From contig CAZDIP010000003.1 in the NCBI GenBank assembly GCA_964505635.1, positions 15,313 to 79,312 on the forward strand: a stretch of DNA of 64,000 nt, in the 5' to 3' direction. Below, one piece after another: positions 45,353 to 56,300 of the stretch. The notes under the pieces are model-generated. The model worked only from the letters and a program-made list of their open reading frames with translations, did not search any database and was not told where the DNA came from. Made by a program: the position numbers and the translations under genes. How positions within the stretch are numbered: the stretch's first letter is position 1; the number at the start of each line of letters is the position of its first letter. The stretch is from an uncultured Candidatus Saccharibacteria bacterium. Its GTDB lineage: Bacteria > Patescibacteriota > Doudnabacteria > UBA920.

Positions 45353-46450
45353 ATGAAAATACTTTATATTATTACCCAGGCCGAGGAAGGCGGGGCACAA
45401 CAATACGTATTAACTCTGGCCAAATATTTTAAAGGCATTATTGCCGCAGGTCAGGAAGCGGACAGACTTTTTACCCAAGCCGAAAGCCTTGGCATTAAAA
45501 CCTGCGGATTAAGGCACCTTAAGCGCGAAATTAAACCTTACCATGACTTAATGGCTGTTTGGGAAATCCGCCAATTAATTAATCAGCTTAAGCCCGATAT
45601 TGTTCATTTAAATTCAACAAAAACCGGTATACTCGGGAGTTTCGCCGCCATGGGGCTTAAAACCAAAGTAGTATATACAGCCCACGGTTTTGTATTTAAC
45701 GAGGACTTACCGTTTTGGATTAAAAATTTTTATATTGCCTTGGAAAAAATTGCTTCTGACTTCAGAGACTGTATTATTTCGGTGTCTGAGTATGACAGAA
45801 ATTCAGCAATCAAACATAAAATAATTAATCCCGAAAAGTTAAAGGTGGTTTATAATGGCTTGCCGGACTTGAAATTTTACGAGGCAAAAGAAGCAAAAAA
45901 TAAATTAAGGCTGCCTTTAGATAAAATCACCGTAGGTTGCATTGCCAATTTTTACAAAACAAAAGGCTTGGACATTCTTATAAAAGCTGTTGGACAATTG
46001 CCGTCTGATGCAAAGAGCCGATGCCAAGTAATAATTTGCGGCAGCGGCCCTGAATTAGAAAATTGCAAAAACTTGATTAAAAATTTAAACTTAGAAAATA
46101 TCGTTTCTTTGCCAGGACAAATCTCCAAAGCTTATAAATACCTAAAAGCGTTTGATATTTTTGCTTTTCCTTCCCGAAAAGAGGGCATGCCTTTTGCTCT
46201 GCTAGAAGCCATGCAGGCTGCCTCGGCGATTATTACCACCAATGCAGGCGGCATCCCGGAAACTGTAAGTAACGGCGCGATAATAGTTGAAAAAGAAAAC
46301 ATCCGCGCTTTAAGCCTGGCGCTTTTGGAACTTATAAACAACCCAGCAAAACGGGAAAATTTATCCTTTGAGGCATTAAAAAGGTCAAAAATATTTTCTG
46401 AAAAAAACATGCTAGAAAGCACCTACCAAACCTATCTACACCTCTTATAA
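45353..46450 (+). CDS. Glycosyltransferase family 4
   Basis: ITQAE.GGAQ, HLNS.K, TAHG, KGL, PSRKEG.P..LLEAM, GGIPE. Confidence 0.92.
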   Translation: MKILYIITQAEEGGAQQYVLTLAKYFKGIIAAGQEADRLFTQAESLGIKTCGLRHLKREIKPYHDLMAVWEIRQLINQLKPDIVHLNSTKTGILGSFAAMGLKTKVVYTAHGFVFNEDLPFWIKNFYIALEKIASDFRDCIISVSEYDRNSAIKHKIINPEKLKVVYNGLPDLKFYEAKEAKNKLRLPLDKITVGCIANFYKTKGLDILIKAVGQLPSDAKSRCQVIICGSGPELENCKNLIKNLNLENIVSLPGQISKAYKYLKAFDIFAFPSRKEGMPFALLEAMQAASAIITTNAGGIPETVSNGAIIVEKENIRALSLALLELINNPAKRENLSFEALKRSKIFSEKNMLESTYQTYLHLL

Positions 46451-46457
46451 AAATAAT

Positions 46458-48734
46458 TTATTTTTGATTTAACAAAATTTTAAGCTCAGCTTCCAAAGAC
46501 GGATTTTGTTTAATTAAAACATTTGCCATAGCTTCTGCTTGCAGTTTTTTTCCGGTTATAACGTAAAGCTGAATTAAATTTTTATAAGCTCCGGTATCCA
46601 ATAAATTAAGCTTAGCGGCACGCTCGTAAACCGCTATTGCGGCAATATAATCTTTATTACTTACATAATAATCCGCAAGCCAACCTAATAAACCAATAGA
46701 TTTTGGGTTATGGTCTTCGCTTAATAACTTATTGACTCTAGCTATGGCGGAATTGGTTTGACCATAAGCATTTTCAGCCACAGCCAAAGTCCACTGGGCG
46801 TCAAAATTGGTTGGGTCTGTATCAACAATATCTTTTAAAATTACCATAGCCTCTCCCGGCCTGTTTTGCCAAAGCCTGACTTCAGCTAAAAAGCTTTTTG
46901 CCTCAACTCTTTTTGGAGACAGTTCAATGGCTTTTTGCAAAGCCGATTCGACCTTGGGGCTTAATGAACCAGATTCAAAAACTTTGCTGTCCAATAAATA
47001 AACCTGTGCTAATTTTTGCCAAAAAATTGGATTATTCCCAGCTCGGCTTTCAGTTACCCTTTCTAAAGCTTTTGTCGCTTTTTCGACTACCCCACCGGCA
47101 AAGCCTGGTTTTAGTCCCGGTGTGTTTTGCCGGCCAACGGTCATAGCAAAATCAGAATACTTCATGACCGTCTCAGGAAAATCAAAGTTAGCCGAATTTT
47201 CTAAAGCCTTATTGAAATATTCACTTGCCTTAACGGGATCCACCGAAATATAAGCGTAGCCGTAATTGGTATTTTTTGAAGCGGCAGCGCCTTGTATATT
47301 ACCCACCACTACGGCATACACTGTCAGCAAGCTGCTGGCAATAAAAACAGGCATGCCGTAAACCGGCTTAAAAGACTTTTGATTCTTTTTATTTACCGGC
47401 GCTGAAAATGCAAAATCATAAACATGAGCGGAAAAAGCCAAAAGAATATAAAAAGTAAGGCTGGCGGCGATATTATCAAAAACAAATAAATTTTGAATCT
47501 GATAAACAATCAGGGCTGCAAATAAAATACAAAATTCAAACAAATTAAGATTACCGGATTTAAAAACTTGATAAATTGACCGGATAGAAAACCAAGCCAT
47601 AGCCAGGTAAGCGCCAAAGCCAAAAATTCCGGTTGTAACTAAAATTTCTAACAAATAATTATGCGGCTTGTCAAACCAGCTGCGGTCATACTGGTAAATT
47701 TCCGGGTTATGGTATTTGCTGGAAACAACCTGGTAATTTTCCGGGCCTGTTCCAAAAACCGGTCTGTCTGTGTAGCCTTTTATGGCTATTTCCCACTGAA
47801 TCAAGCGAGCGGCGCTATTGCCGTCCTTTAACCTAATAACCCGGGCAAGATTTATATTATGAGGCAGCGAACTGCCGAAAATAAATAATAAAAACCCTAA
47901 GCTCAAAAAGGCAGACAAACCCAATGAGGCAATTAATTTTTGTTTATGCCTGTGTTCAAAAATCAAATAAACAACGCCGGTTAAAAATAATCCTAAGGCC
48001 AACCCTACTACAGCGCCTCTGGTGCCGCTAAAGTATATGCCGAGTAATTGTAGGAAAGCCGCTATTAGCCACCATGCCTGTCCAAATCTTTTTCTTGATT
48101 TAACCGCGAGCAAAACGGCTAAAAACATAGGTATAATTAAAAAGCTTCCCACATAAATCGGGTTGCCAAAAGTAATGGAGGACCTGGTCGGCAAAGAAGG
48201 ATCAGGTACGACTAAAAAGTCCAAGCCTAAATTCCTCAAACCAGCAATAAATGCTTCCAACCAACCGTTGGCTGATAAATACCGCATCAGCATCCCGTAT
48301 AAAACCAAAATTACGCTTAAATTTACTAAAGACTTTAAAAATTTTGCTAAAAAATTCCCGGAAATTCTGCCAAGCATTAATAAATAAAAATAAAATAAGG
48401 TTAAATGCGCTAAATAAAATACGCCTCCCATGCGCTCAAAATTACCCCAAAGGCTTTTTATATAGTCCACCCCAAAAACTGCCGAGATTAAATTTACCAA
48501 TAAAAAAATTATAATACTGGCATTTAAAGGTTGCTTAAAATTAGGCCTTAATTCTTTTCTTATATAAAATAAGTAGGCGTAAAAAGGCAGTGCCAACTCG
48601 ACCATAACCCTAAAATAAAACGCCTTGGTGGTTACAAATGGAAAAAGCAAGTCTTTACTGACTAAAAAGGGTGTTAACAAACTCATTAACACCAATATTT
48701 TTAGCACCCAGGCACTAAATTTTTCAAACCTCAT
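46458..48734 (-). CDS. O-antigen ligase/O-oligosaccharyltransferase-like (Wzy_C) membrane protein with C-terminal TPRs
   Basis: About 12 TM helices; GNPI, SGTRGA, RL..W, PVFGTG.EN, FDKPHN..LE; TPR-like tail. Confidence 0.85.
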   Translation of the reverse strand: MRFEKFSAWVLKILVLMSLLTPFLVSKDLLFPFVTTKAFYFRVMVELALPFYAYLFYIRKELRPNFKQPLNASIIIFLLVNLISAVFGVDYIKSLWGNFERMGGVFYLAHLTLFYFYLLMLGRISGNFLAKFLKSLVNLSVILVLYGMLMRYLSANGWLEAFIAGLRNLGLDFLVVPDPSLPTRSSITFGNPIYVGSFLIIPMFLAVLLAVKSRKRFGQAWWLIAAFLQLLGIYFSGTRGAVVGLALGLFLTGVVYLIFEHRHKQKLIASLGLSAFLSLGFLLFIFGSSLPHNINLARVIRLKDGNSAARLIQWEIAIKGYTDRPVFGTGPENYQVVSSKYHNPEIYQYDRSWFDKPHNYLLEILVTTGIFGFGAYLAMAWFSIRSIYQVFKSGNLNLFEFCILFAALIVYQIQNLFVFDNIAASLTFYILLAFSAHVYDFAFSAPVNKKNQKSFKPVYGMPVFIASSLLTVYAVVVGNIQGAAASKNTNYGYAYISVDPVKASEYFNKALENSANFDFPETVMKYSDFAMTVGRQNTPGLKPGFAGGVVEKATKALERVTESRAGNNPIFWQKLAQVYLLDSKVFESGSLSPKVESALQKAIELSPKRVEAKSFLAEVRLWQNRPGEAMVILKDIVDTDPTNFDAQWTLAVAENAYGQTNSAIARVNKLLSEDHNPKSIGLLGWLADYYVSNKDYIAAIAVYERAAKLNLLDTGAYKNLIQLYVITGKKLQAEAMANVLIKQNPSLEAELKILLNQK

Positions 48735-48802
48735 AATTTTTATTTTGGCTTTAATCTTCTTTACTTATGGATTATAGCCTAACAAAAAAGTTATAACAAG
48801 CA

Positions 48803-48829
48803 AAACAGCCCCGCTTTGCGGGGCTGTTT
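48803..48829 (-). terminator. Intrinsic terminator
   Basis: aaacagccccgc-ttt-gcggggctgttt. Confidence 0.85.
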
Positions 48830-48841
48830 GAATAACTTAAA

Positions 48842-50365
48842 TTACTGCTTTATGTAAGTTACGATTTCTTGTCCTTCGTTGACTCCTTCCAAAACTTCTA
48901 CCAAACCACCATCTGCTTCCATTCCAGTAGTCACCAAAATTTCATCGTAAGTTTTTTTCTTTGAATCTTTAATTATTCTTAAATATTTAGCATTTCCTTT
49001 TACAATCACTGCCCTTAAAGGAACAGTTAGCACAGCCTGTTTACTACCCGTTAAAATACTAATATTCGCAGTCATACCTGGCTTAATTTCACTTAATTTA
49101 TCGAGTGAAATAGTTACTTTATAATTCACAACCCCGGAAACTAGCGTAGAAGCAGGATCAACGGCCTGAACCTTGCCTACAAATTTCCTATCCACGCCAA
49201 GGGCATCAAAAGTCAATTCTACTTCCTGATCTGGCTTAATGTATGCAATATTAGCTTCGCTAATATTAGCTTCAACATGAAGATTGCCTATATCTTGCAA
49301 AACAACCAAAGCTGCCAGCGCGGTGGCTAATTGACCGGGTTTGGCGTCAACTTTGGTAATGGTGCCTTCTGCTGGCGCTCGCATTATGGTATTTTCCAAA
49401 TCAGCGGAGGCAGCCAAAACCTGGCCTTCTGCAGTTAAAATTTGAGCCTTAGCAGATTCAAGCTCAGCCGGCCTTGCTTTGGCTAACTTTAATTCTAAAT
49501 TAGCCTGGGCTGACAAAACATTGTTTTCAGCCGAGGTTATCTGTGCTTTTTGGGTCTGCAATGCCGACTCGTAAGCATTTAAATTTGTCACATAACCAGA
49601 GGCTTTAGTGTTGGGAATTTTAACAGTCCAGCTATCGTTACTGGCTGTAATAGTAGACGGAAACTGAACATATAAACCTCTGGTGCCCAAAGGCAATGGA
49701 ACAGACACGCTTGTATTAATTGTCTGATTTCCCCGATTCTCCAAACCCAAAACATAAAAACTCAAGCCTTCCTGCATTATCGTATATGTTCCTTGCTCAG
49801 TTCCGGTATAAGTTCCCGATATGGTCAGCGTGATATTATTTAAGTTGGAAGAATTAGGAATTGCTTCCAAACTGGAATTGAGCAAAGCTTTATAAGCATT
49901 ATCAACCAAAACCTGTTGTTGCCTCCTTACGTCTTCCAGGGTTTTTTGCGCATTTTCCAAAGTAACCCTGGCCACCGCCACCTCTTCGTTAGAAGAACCG
50001 TCTAACACCTTCTGGTAATTAGCCTCAGCCTGTTTTAGCGCCCCTTTAGCTTGAGTTAACCTTGCCACCTGGTCTTTTTGATCCAAAAAAGCCAAAACCG
50101 CTCCTGCCTTTACTTTATCGCCAACCTGAGCGTTAACCCGGCTGATAATTCCGCTGGTTTTAAATGCCAGAGCCAAGTCAGTCTGGCTGGTAACCTGGCC
50201 GGTCGCTAAAACTGTTTGTTTTATGTCCTGTTTCTTTACCGATTCAGACTGAATGTCGGCTATATTGCTGCCTTTGCCTTTAAAAACAAAGAACAAAATT
50301 AAAGCAAGTATTGCTATTCCAGCAATAACTTTTTTCTTTTTAAAAAAACTAAATATTTTTTGCAT
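48842..50365 (-). CDS. Efflux periplasmic adaptor (MacA/HlyD-like membrane fusion protein)
   Basis: V.ATG.V, SG.I..V...VGD.VK.G, RAP..GTI, V.NY.V, KPGMTAN, VE..EG..EG. Confidence 0.88.
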   Translation of the reverse strand: MQKIFSFFKKKKVIAGIAILALILFFVFKGKGSNIADIQSESVKKQDIKQTVLATGQVTSQTDLALAFKTSGIISRVNAQVGDKVKAGAVLAFLDQKDQVARLTQAKGALKQAEANYQKVLDGSSNEEVAVARVTLENAQKTLEDVRRQQQVLVDNAYKALLNSSLEAIPNSSNLNNITLTISGTYTGTEQGTYTIMQEGLSFYVLGLENRGNQTINTSVSVPLPLGTRGLYVQFPSTITASNDSWTVKIPNTKASGYVTNLNAYESALQTQKAQITSAENNVLSAQANLELKLAKARPAELESAKAQILTAEGQVLAASADLENTIMRAPAEGTITKVDAKPGQLATALAALVVLQDIGNLHVEANISEANIAYIKPDQEVELTFDALGVDRKFVGKVQAVDPASTLVSGVVNYKVTISLDKLSEIKPGMTANISILTGSKQAVLTVPLRAVIVKGNAKYLRIIKDSKKKTYDEILVTTGMEADGGLVEVLEGVNEGQEIVTYIKQ

Positions 50366-50406
50366 AGATTATATTATAGCCCATTTTTCAATAAATTTCA
50401 AGTCCT

Positions 50407-52644
50407 TTATTTTTTAAGCCACTTGGCCAGATCTTCCCTCAAAGTCGGATCAACCGCGATAATTTCTTCAGCTAATTGCCTTGCCTCTAGTAACTGCCCA
50501 TTAAGACCATAAGCTCTTACCAAACCAAGATAAGTATTTTTATTATTTGGCTGGGCGGTAATGGCTTCTTCATAAAGCTTTATCGCTTCGCCAAAATTAT
50601 TTCTTTGAGTGTGGTAATCAATTAACAGCTGAAATTCGTTTAAGGTTTCCAGTTTATAGCCTAAATCCAAGGCCTTAGAAGCATATGTATAAGCTTCTTC
50701 AAGCCTGTTTAGCCTGTAATTTACCCAAGCCACCTGCCAAGCGCTCTGAGAGTAATTAGGATAAATTTTATTATACTCTTCTGCTAAAACCAAAGCCTGC
50801 TCAAGTTCGTTTATTGCCACCTTAAACTGGATGTTTAAGTAATAAATTTCCGGCCTGTTTGGAGCTAAAAATCCCGCTCTTTCCAAATCTGACAAAGCAG
50901 CCAAGTCTAACTTTTGCCCCAAAGTGACGGATTGAAAATATCGCAAAGCCGCTAAATAATACCAATTAACCGGATTGGTGGGGTTTTGCTCGGCAGTCTT
51001 TTTGCCAAAATCAATTGCCGCGGTTTGGATATCTTTAACTAATTGCAAAGACTGGGGCTCTTGGGTTTGAGAAATACTTAATGCCATAGAACTGAACTTT
51101 AAAAATAATTCGGAATTGTCATAATTTAAATCCATGGCGATGGCCTTTTTAAAAAAATCAAACGAAAGCTTAAAGTCAGAACCGGTTTTGCTTGTATAGG
51201 CGGTTAGTCCAAAATTAATATTTTTAGCCAAAACCATTGGTAAAATATTGGTCAGATAAATTAAGTAAAAAACAGCGGCCAAGCCGGAATAAAACACTAC
51301 GCCCGGCTTGACTGAAACAAGCTTTGCTTTATTCGGCTGCTTTTCAACATTCTCGCGGCTTTCTAAAAAATACGCGGTGAAAGCTAAGAAAACAAAACTG
51401 CTTATGCTGGCTGAAACCGTGTCAAACACAAAAAAGTTTTGAACCTGATACGCGGCCCAGGCAAAAACAAACACCGCTGCGCCGCCTAAGGATAGAAAGT
51501 TTTTTTTGTAAGCCGCTATCAACGCCCAAAAAGCCGTCCCAATAAAAAATAAAAACGCCAAAAGCCCCAAAACACCCCCTGTAACCAGGATTTCCAAAAA
51601 ATAATTATGCGGCTTGTCAAACCAGCTTTTATCAAACGAATGTTGCTGTGGGTTATAGTACTTGTTGGCAACAAAGTAATAATTTTCCGAACCAATCCCT
51701 AAAAACGGCCGGTCTAAAAAACCCTGTAACGCCGCCTGCCACTGCACAAGCCTGGCTTTGGCATTACTGTCGGAAAAATTAAACAATCTGCCTGACCCAA
51801 AACCGCCTGAAGAAAAATTTTGAACCGCTAATCCCCCGGCCGTCACCGCCACAATTACCACCAAACCCAGAGCGCCAATTCTTTTTTTTATATCCCAATT
51901 TGCATTGAACAAATAAAGTATCAATCCTAAAAACAGGCCGGCCAAAAGCCCTAAAAAGGCTCCCCGCGTGCCGGTTAAAAATATTACAGTCAGTATTAAA
52001 AAGGAGGCTGTATAATACCAATATCTGCTTCTTAAAATTTTAGAGGTAATAGCAAAATATAAAGCAAACCCTAAAGGCAATACAAGATAGCTGGCCAAAA
52101 AAATGGGATTACCCAAAGTAGATGAAACCCGGCTTGGCAAAGACATGTCGGGCGACAGTGTTACCCAGCCAAGCTTGCCAAAAATACCGTTGATACTAAC
52201 CCCCACGGCAACCCAAACTAAAAACTTTAAAAACCTTGTAAAGTAAAAAGGGTCTTTTTTGCTAATTAAAAGTAAATAAAAATATAAAAGCAATAAATGG
52301 GCTAAATAATATATACCGCCCATTCTTTCCAAATTACCCCAAAAACTTCTGTGTGCGTTTACTCCAACTAACATAGAAACCAAGCTCAAACAAAAAAAGG
52401 CCAGCAAGGAAGCGGTTAAAGGGTTGGTTATTTTTGGACGAAATTGCTTTTCTGTAAATAAAAAAAATATATAAAAAGGCAGCGCCAGCTCTATGGCAAT
52501 CCTGAATAAAAAAGCCTTGCTGGTTACAAACGGAAACAGTAAATCTTTAAAATTAACCAAAGGAACCAACAAAGACAGGCAAACCAAAAAAAAGAAAATT
52601 TTAAATAGCCAAGAATTATTTTTGTCAAAAAAAGTTGCCGTCAT
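50407..52644 (-). CDS. Second O-antigen ligase/O-OTase-like protein with TPRs (paralog of 46458..48734)
   Basis: DLLFPFVT.KAF, WGN.ERMGG, GNPI, TGTRGA, SWFDKPHNY.LEILVT shared with the paralog. Confidence 0.85.
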   Translation of the reverse strand: MTATFFDKNNSWLFKIFFFLVCLSLLVPLVNFKDLLFPFVTSKAFLFRIAIELALPFYIFFLFTEKQFRPKITNPLTASLLAFFCLSLVSMLVGVNAHRSFWGNLERMGGIYYLAHLLLLYFYLLLISKKDPFYFTRFLKFLVWVAVGVSINGIFGKLGWVTLSPDMSLPSRVSSTLGNPIFLASYLVLPLGFALYFAITSKILRSRYWYYTASFLILTVIFLTGTRGAFLGLLAGLFLGLILYLFNANWDIKKRIGALGLVVIVAVTAGGLAVQNFSSGGFGSGRLFNFSDSNAKARLVQWQAALQGFLDRPFLGIGSENYYFVANKYYNPQQHSFDKSWFDKPHNYFLEILVTGGVLGLLAFLFFIGTAFWALIAAYKKNFLSLGGAAVFVFAWAAYQVQNFFVFDTVSASISSFVFLAFTAYFLESRENVEKQPNKAKLVSVKPGVVFYSGLAAVFYLIYLTNILPMVLAKNINFGLTAYTSKTGSDFKLSFDFFKKAIAMDLNYDNSELFLKFSSMALSISQTQEPQSLQLVKDIQTAAIDFGKKTAEQNPTNPVNWYYLAALRYFQSVTLGQKLDLAALSDLERAGFLAPNRPEIYYLNIQFKVAINELEQALVLAEEYNKIYPNYSQSAWQVAWVNYRLNRLEEAYTYASKALDLGYKLETLNEFQLLIDYHTQRNNFGEAIKLYEEAITAQPNNKNTYLGLVRAYGLNGQLLEARQLAEEIIAVDPTLREDLAKWLKK

Positions 52645-53219
52645 TACAGCTTGCCCTCCCGATTAATCCTCTCCAAAGCTTCCTTTAGTCCCCCGCTCTC
52701 AGTTTTTAAAATTCCCTGGCTTAAAATATATTTTGCGTCTTCTATGTTTCCGGCAAAGCCTTGGGAATACATTTCCGCTAAAGACAAATAAGCGGAGACA
52801 TCCGTTGGGTCTACTTCCAAAAGCTTTAAAAATGAGCCTTCTGCCTGGTCATATTTTTTCTGCGATAAATACAGATGTCCTAAATTATTCCAAATCACGG
52901 TATTTATGGGGCTGATTTCTCCGGCTTTTTTGTAAGCTTCTTCGGCCTTTATATAGTCCCCCAAAGCCTGGTAAGCCACTGCCAAGTTTTTGTAGGCTTC
53001 AAAATTATTTTTGTCATTCTTAACAATTTCCAAATCCCTTTTTATCCCGTTTTCCAACTTTTCTAAAAGACCTGGGTTATTCTGCTTTAAGTCCTCTGTC
53101 CGCTGACTTTTAGTCTGGTTGTTTAGCTGCTGGATTTTATATTCCGGAATGTATAAAAATACTCCTAAAAACAATACCAATAAAACAACAGTAATTATAC
53201 TATAAATTTTTTTATTCAT
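52644..53219 (-). CDS. Membrane-anchored TPR protein
   Basis: N-terminal TM; AY.NLA..Y..LG.Y..AE..Y and WNNLG.LY.....Y..AE repeats. Confidence 0.85.
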   Translation of the reverse strand: MNKKIYSIITVVLLVLFLGVFLYIPEYKIQQLNNQTKSQRTEDLKQNNPGLLEKLENGIKRDLEIVKNDKNNFEAYKNLAVAYQALGDYIKAEEAYKKAGEISPINTVIWNNLGHLYLSQKKYDQAEGSFLKLLEVDPTDVSAYLSLAEMYSQGFAGNIEDAKYILSQGILKTESGGLKEALERINREGKL

Positions 53220-53248
53220 ATTGTAATTTTACAAAAACCGGGGGTTAA

Positions 53249-53291
53249 AAGCAAACCCCTTCCCTTTGAAAACAAAGGGAAGGGGTTGCTT
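53249..53291 (-). terminator. Strong intrinsic terminator of the S-layer-like gene
   Basis: aaccccttccctttg-aaaa-caaagggaaggggtt. Confidence 0.85.
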
Positions 53292-53342
53292 GTTTGATTT
53301 TTGCTAAACGCTCAAAACTAAGCGCTGAAGCACTCTTAAAGA

Positions 53343-56300
53343 CTAATTCAAGGAAAGACCCTGAGAGTCAGTAGGAATAGTTCTTACATAGCGGCCATTG
53401 GTCCAGTCATCCGAGCTGCTTGACCCAGCGGTGTCGCTGTGAGAAGTAGCGGACATATCGGACCAAATGAAGTTATAAGCTGCGGTGGCGGCTTCCATGT
53501 CGTTACCAACGTTGTTGGTATCGTCCTGGTCACGCAATTGCTGCGCGGCAGCCAAAGTGCTTAAGTCACCGGTAACCGCGGCGGTGTCAGTCGTGGCAAT
53601 AGAAGTCGTGACCGAATCGCCGGTATCAGCGCCAGCGACCGTGGCTTTGAAGTCATAGGTCTTGGAGCTGCCGGAAGTAATAAGTTCTTCCGAGTTAAAG
53701 GTGATATCAACAGTAACCGAGCCTGCAGCATAAGTAGCTGAGCTGGTTACGGTTAAGTTGCTTCCGCCCTGCGGGGCAATGGCAAAGGAAGACAAAGACA
53801 CGCCGGTAGTGGAAGAGCTGGTGAAGGTAATATGCTTAAGAGCAATATCATTATCAACAGCAGTCACTTTAAAGCGGTACAAAGTCTGGGTGCCGTTACC
53901 CAAAGAGCTGGTCATAGCCACGGTTTCTACTTTCGGCTGGCTCTTTCTTAAGACAACATAGCTGCCTACATAAGAACCGCTGGAAGGAGCAGTCAAAGTG
54001 GTAGAACCGGAAGTGCCGCGAACCTCAAAGTTGTTGCTGCCGTCAAGCCAGACAGCGAATTCATCGCCGCTGTCAGCACCATTGGAAATAGTGTTAAGGT
54101 CAGCTTTAACAGTTAAGTTCTTGCTGGCATCCTTGCCGATTATAAAGTCGGCGGTCATGCCGGTAAAGTCAGCATAGCCTTCAATGGTGCCGGACGGAGT
54201 CAAAGACACCGGACCTGCGACCAAGGTGCTGCCGTCATACAAGTAGAGGGCAGTAATGTCGTCGGCTATATTGGCTGCCGAAGCGGCTGTGGAGCTGGCT
54301 GTGGCAACCGCAATGCGGGCTTTGGTCAGCTTAAGCTCTTCGTTAACCGCGGTAAAGCGGATTTTGCCCAAAGTTACACCGGTTTTACCAGCAGTAACAA
54401 TGCGGGCGTCAGTAACATCCTGTTCGTTGTTACCAGCTGTGGCGACCGTAATGGTGCCGGCGCCGGTAATGGTAATGGCGGTACCAACCGTAGTGGTGGT
54501 GCTGCCGTTAACCGGATAGCTGGTGCTATCGGTTACGCTGTTACCGTCAGGATCAACCGCAGTAATGCTGGAAGAAGCAATTTTCCATTTGATAACATTG
54601 CTGGAGTTGGCGGAGTTTGAAATGGTCATTTTAACCACCAAAGTCTTGCTGCTACCTTTCGGAACTACCCAGTTAAGACCGTTGAAGGTCATAGTACCGG
54701 CAGTGGAAGGAGATTTAGTCTGGCCGATTTTGGTCGCGCCGTCGTAAAGCTCAACAGTTACCACGTTGTCAGACACATAAATTGTGCTGGCAGAGGCGTT
54801 GGTAGTGCTGCCATCAGCCATGGTGGCTGCGGCCGCGGAAGCTATCATACCGGTTAAGGTAAGGTCGGTGACTTTTACGTCAGCCGCGGTAGAAGCGGTA
54901 AAGACATAGCCAGCTGCTTCAACCATGGTGCTGCCTTTGACAAAGGACTTGGAAGTCGGAGTAGCGGCCAAAGCAACAGTCAAAGAAGGAACCCTAACTG
55001 TCATTTGGTTACCTGAAATGTCAGAGGTAGGCACTATGTCAGTGGAGGTTAAGAAGGTGTTGTTGTCAGTGTTCTTAACGTCGTTGGAAGTTAAGCTGTC
55101 AACATCCAAAGTGGCGCCAATTACGTCGCCGGAAGTAACATCGGAATTGTTGGCAACATCCAAAGTAACCTTATAGGTTTTGGAAGTACCGGCGGCCAAA
55201 AAGACGTCTTCCGTAAAGGTAAGAGTCTGAGAGGTGGCGCTGCCTGTGCCGGACAAATCCTGAGGCCCGAAAACTACGGCGCCGGTTGTGGCGTCTACGA
55301 CTTTTACGTCGGTGTAGTTAGGGGTGGTATTGTCGTTAAAATCAGCAGTACCGCTGCCGCCGTTGTTGAACACAAAGGCCAACTGGCGGATTTCCAAGTT
55401 GTTCTGGGCAGCCATGGTGAAGTTGAAAACTTCAACATCTTTGCCGTTCTTGGCAATATCCTTGGCAGACGGACCGTTAAAGGTAATGGTCAACTGACCA
55501 CCTTCAACGTAGCTGTAAGAACAGTCGCCGGAAGAAGAAGTACAGCTGTCGCCGTCATAATCCGTAGAGGTAACAGCAGTGCCAAAACCATAGGTCTGGC
55601 CTACCGCGAACAAGTCGGTAGATTCTTCTAAGTAGAATTTGACGGTTTCGGAAGAACCCGTGCGGGAACCGCCGGAAACGTTGGCGTAGACTTCAAAAGT
55701 CTTGGTATCGCCCTTGGCTAAGGCAAAGTTAACTTCAAAGTTAGCTTTGTCTTCGCTGTCTAAGGCAGCTACGGTGGCTAAGGTGTTGCCGGCCTGCTTT
55801 AAGACCAAATTGGTCAAGTTAGAGCTGGCAACAGCGCCGCCCTGGTAAAGAGAAATTCTCTTAACCACGACGTCTTCGGAAGAGCTGGCGGCCAAGGTAA
55901 AGGAACCTACTCTGACATTCTGCTCACCAACTTTAGGGTTGGTAATGCTGCCGGTTTTGGCAATAGTGACAGTACCGGATGAAACACCGGCGAGAGTCAT
56001 GCTGTTGCCGCTGGCAGTGCCGCTGGCCTGGGTTGAACCAAGCATAACGGAAGTCACCATTAACTGGTGAACATTGCCCGCTGTGGCGGAAGAATAAATA
56101 TCAGCCAATACGTCCATGGTAATGGATCCGCCGGCCGGAACATTCACGTTAAGGCCGGAGAACACCGCTTCGTTGGTGGAAGAGTTAACACTGCGTCCAG
56201 AGGTTAATCTGGAAGCGCCCTGGTAAAGGTAAACGTTGGTCAGGTCCGAAGTGGAACCCGCGCCGGTGCGTTTAACTGTAACCTGGTTAACTGTGGCAGC

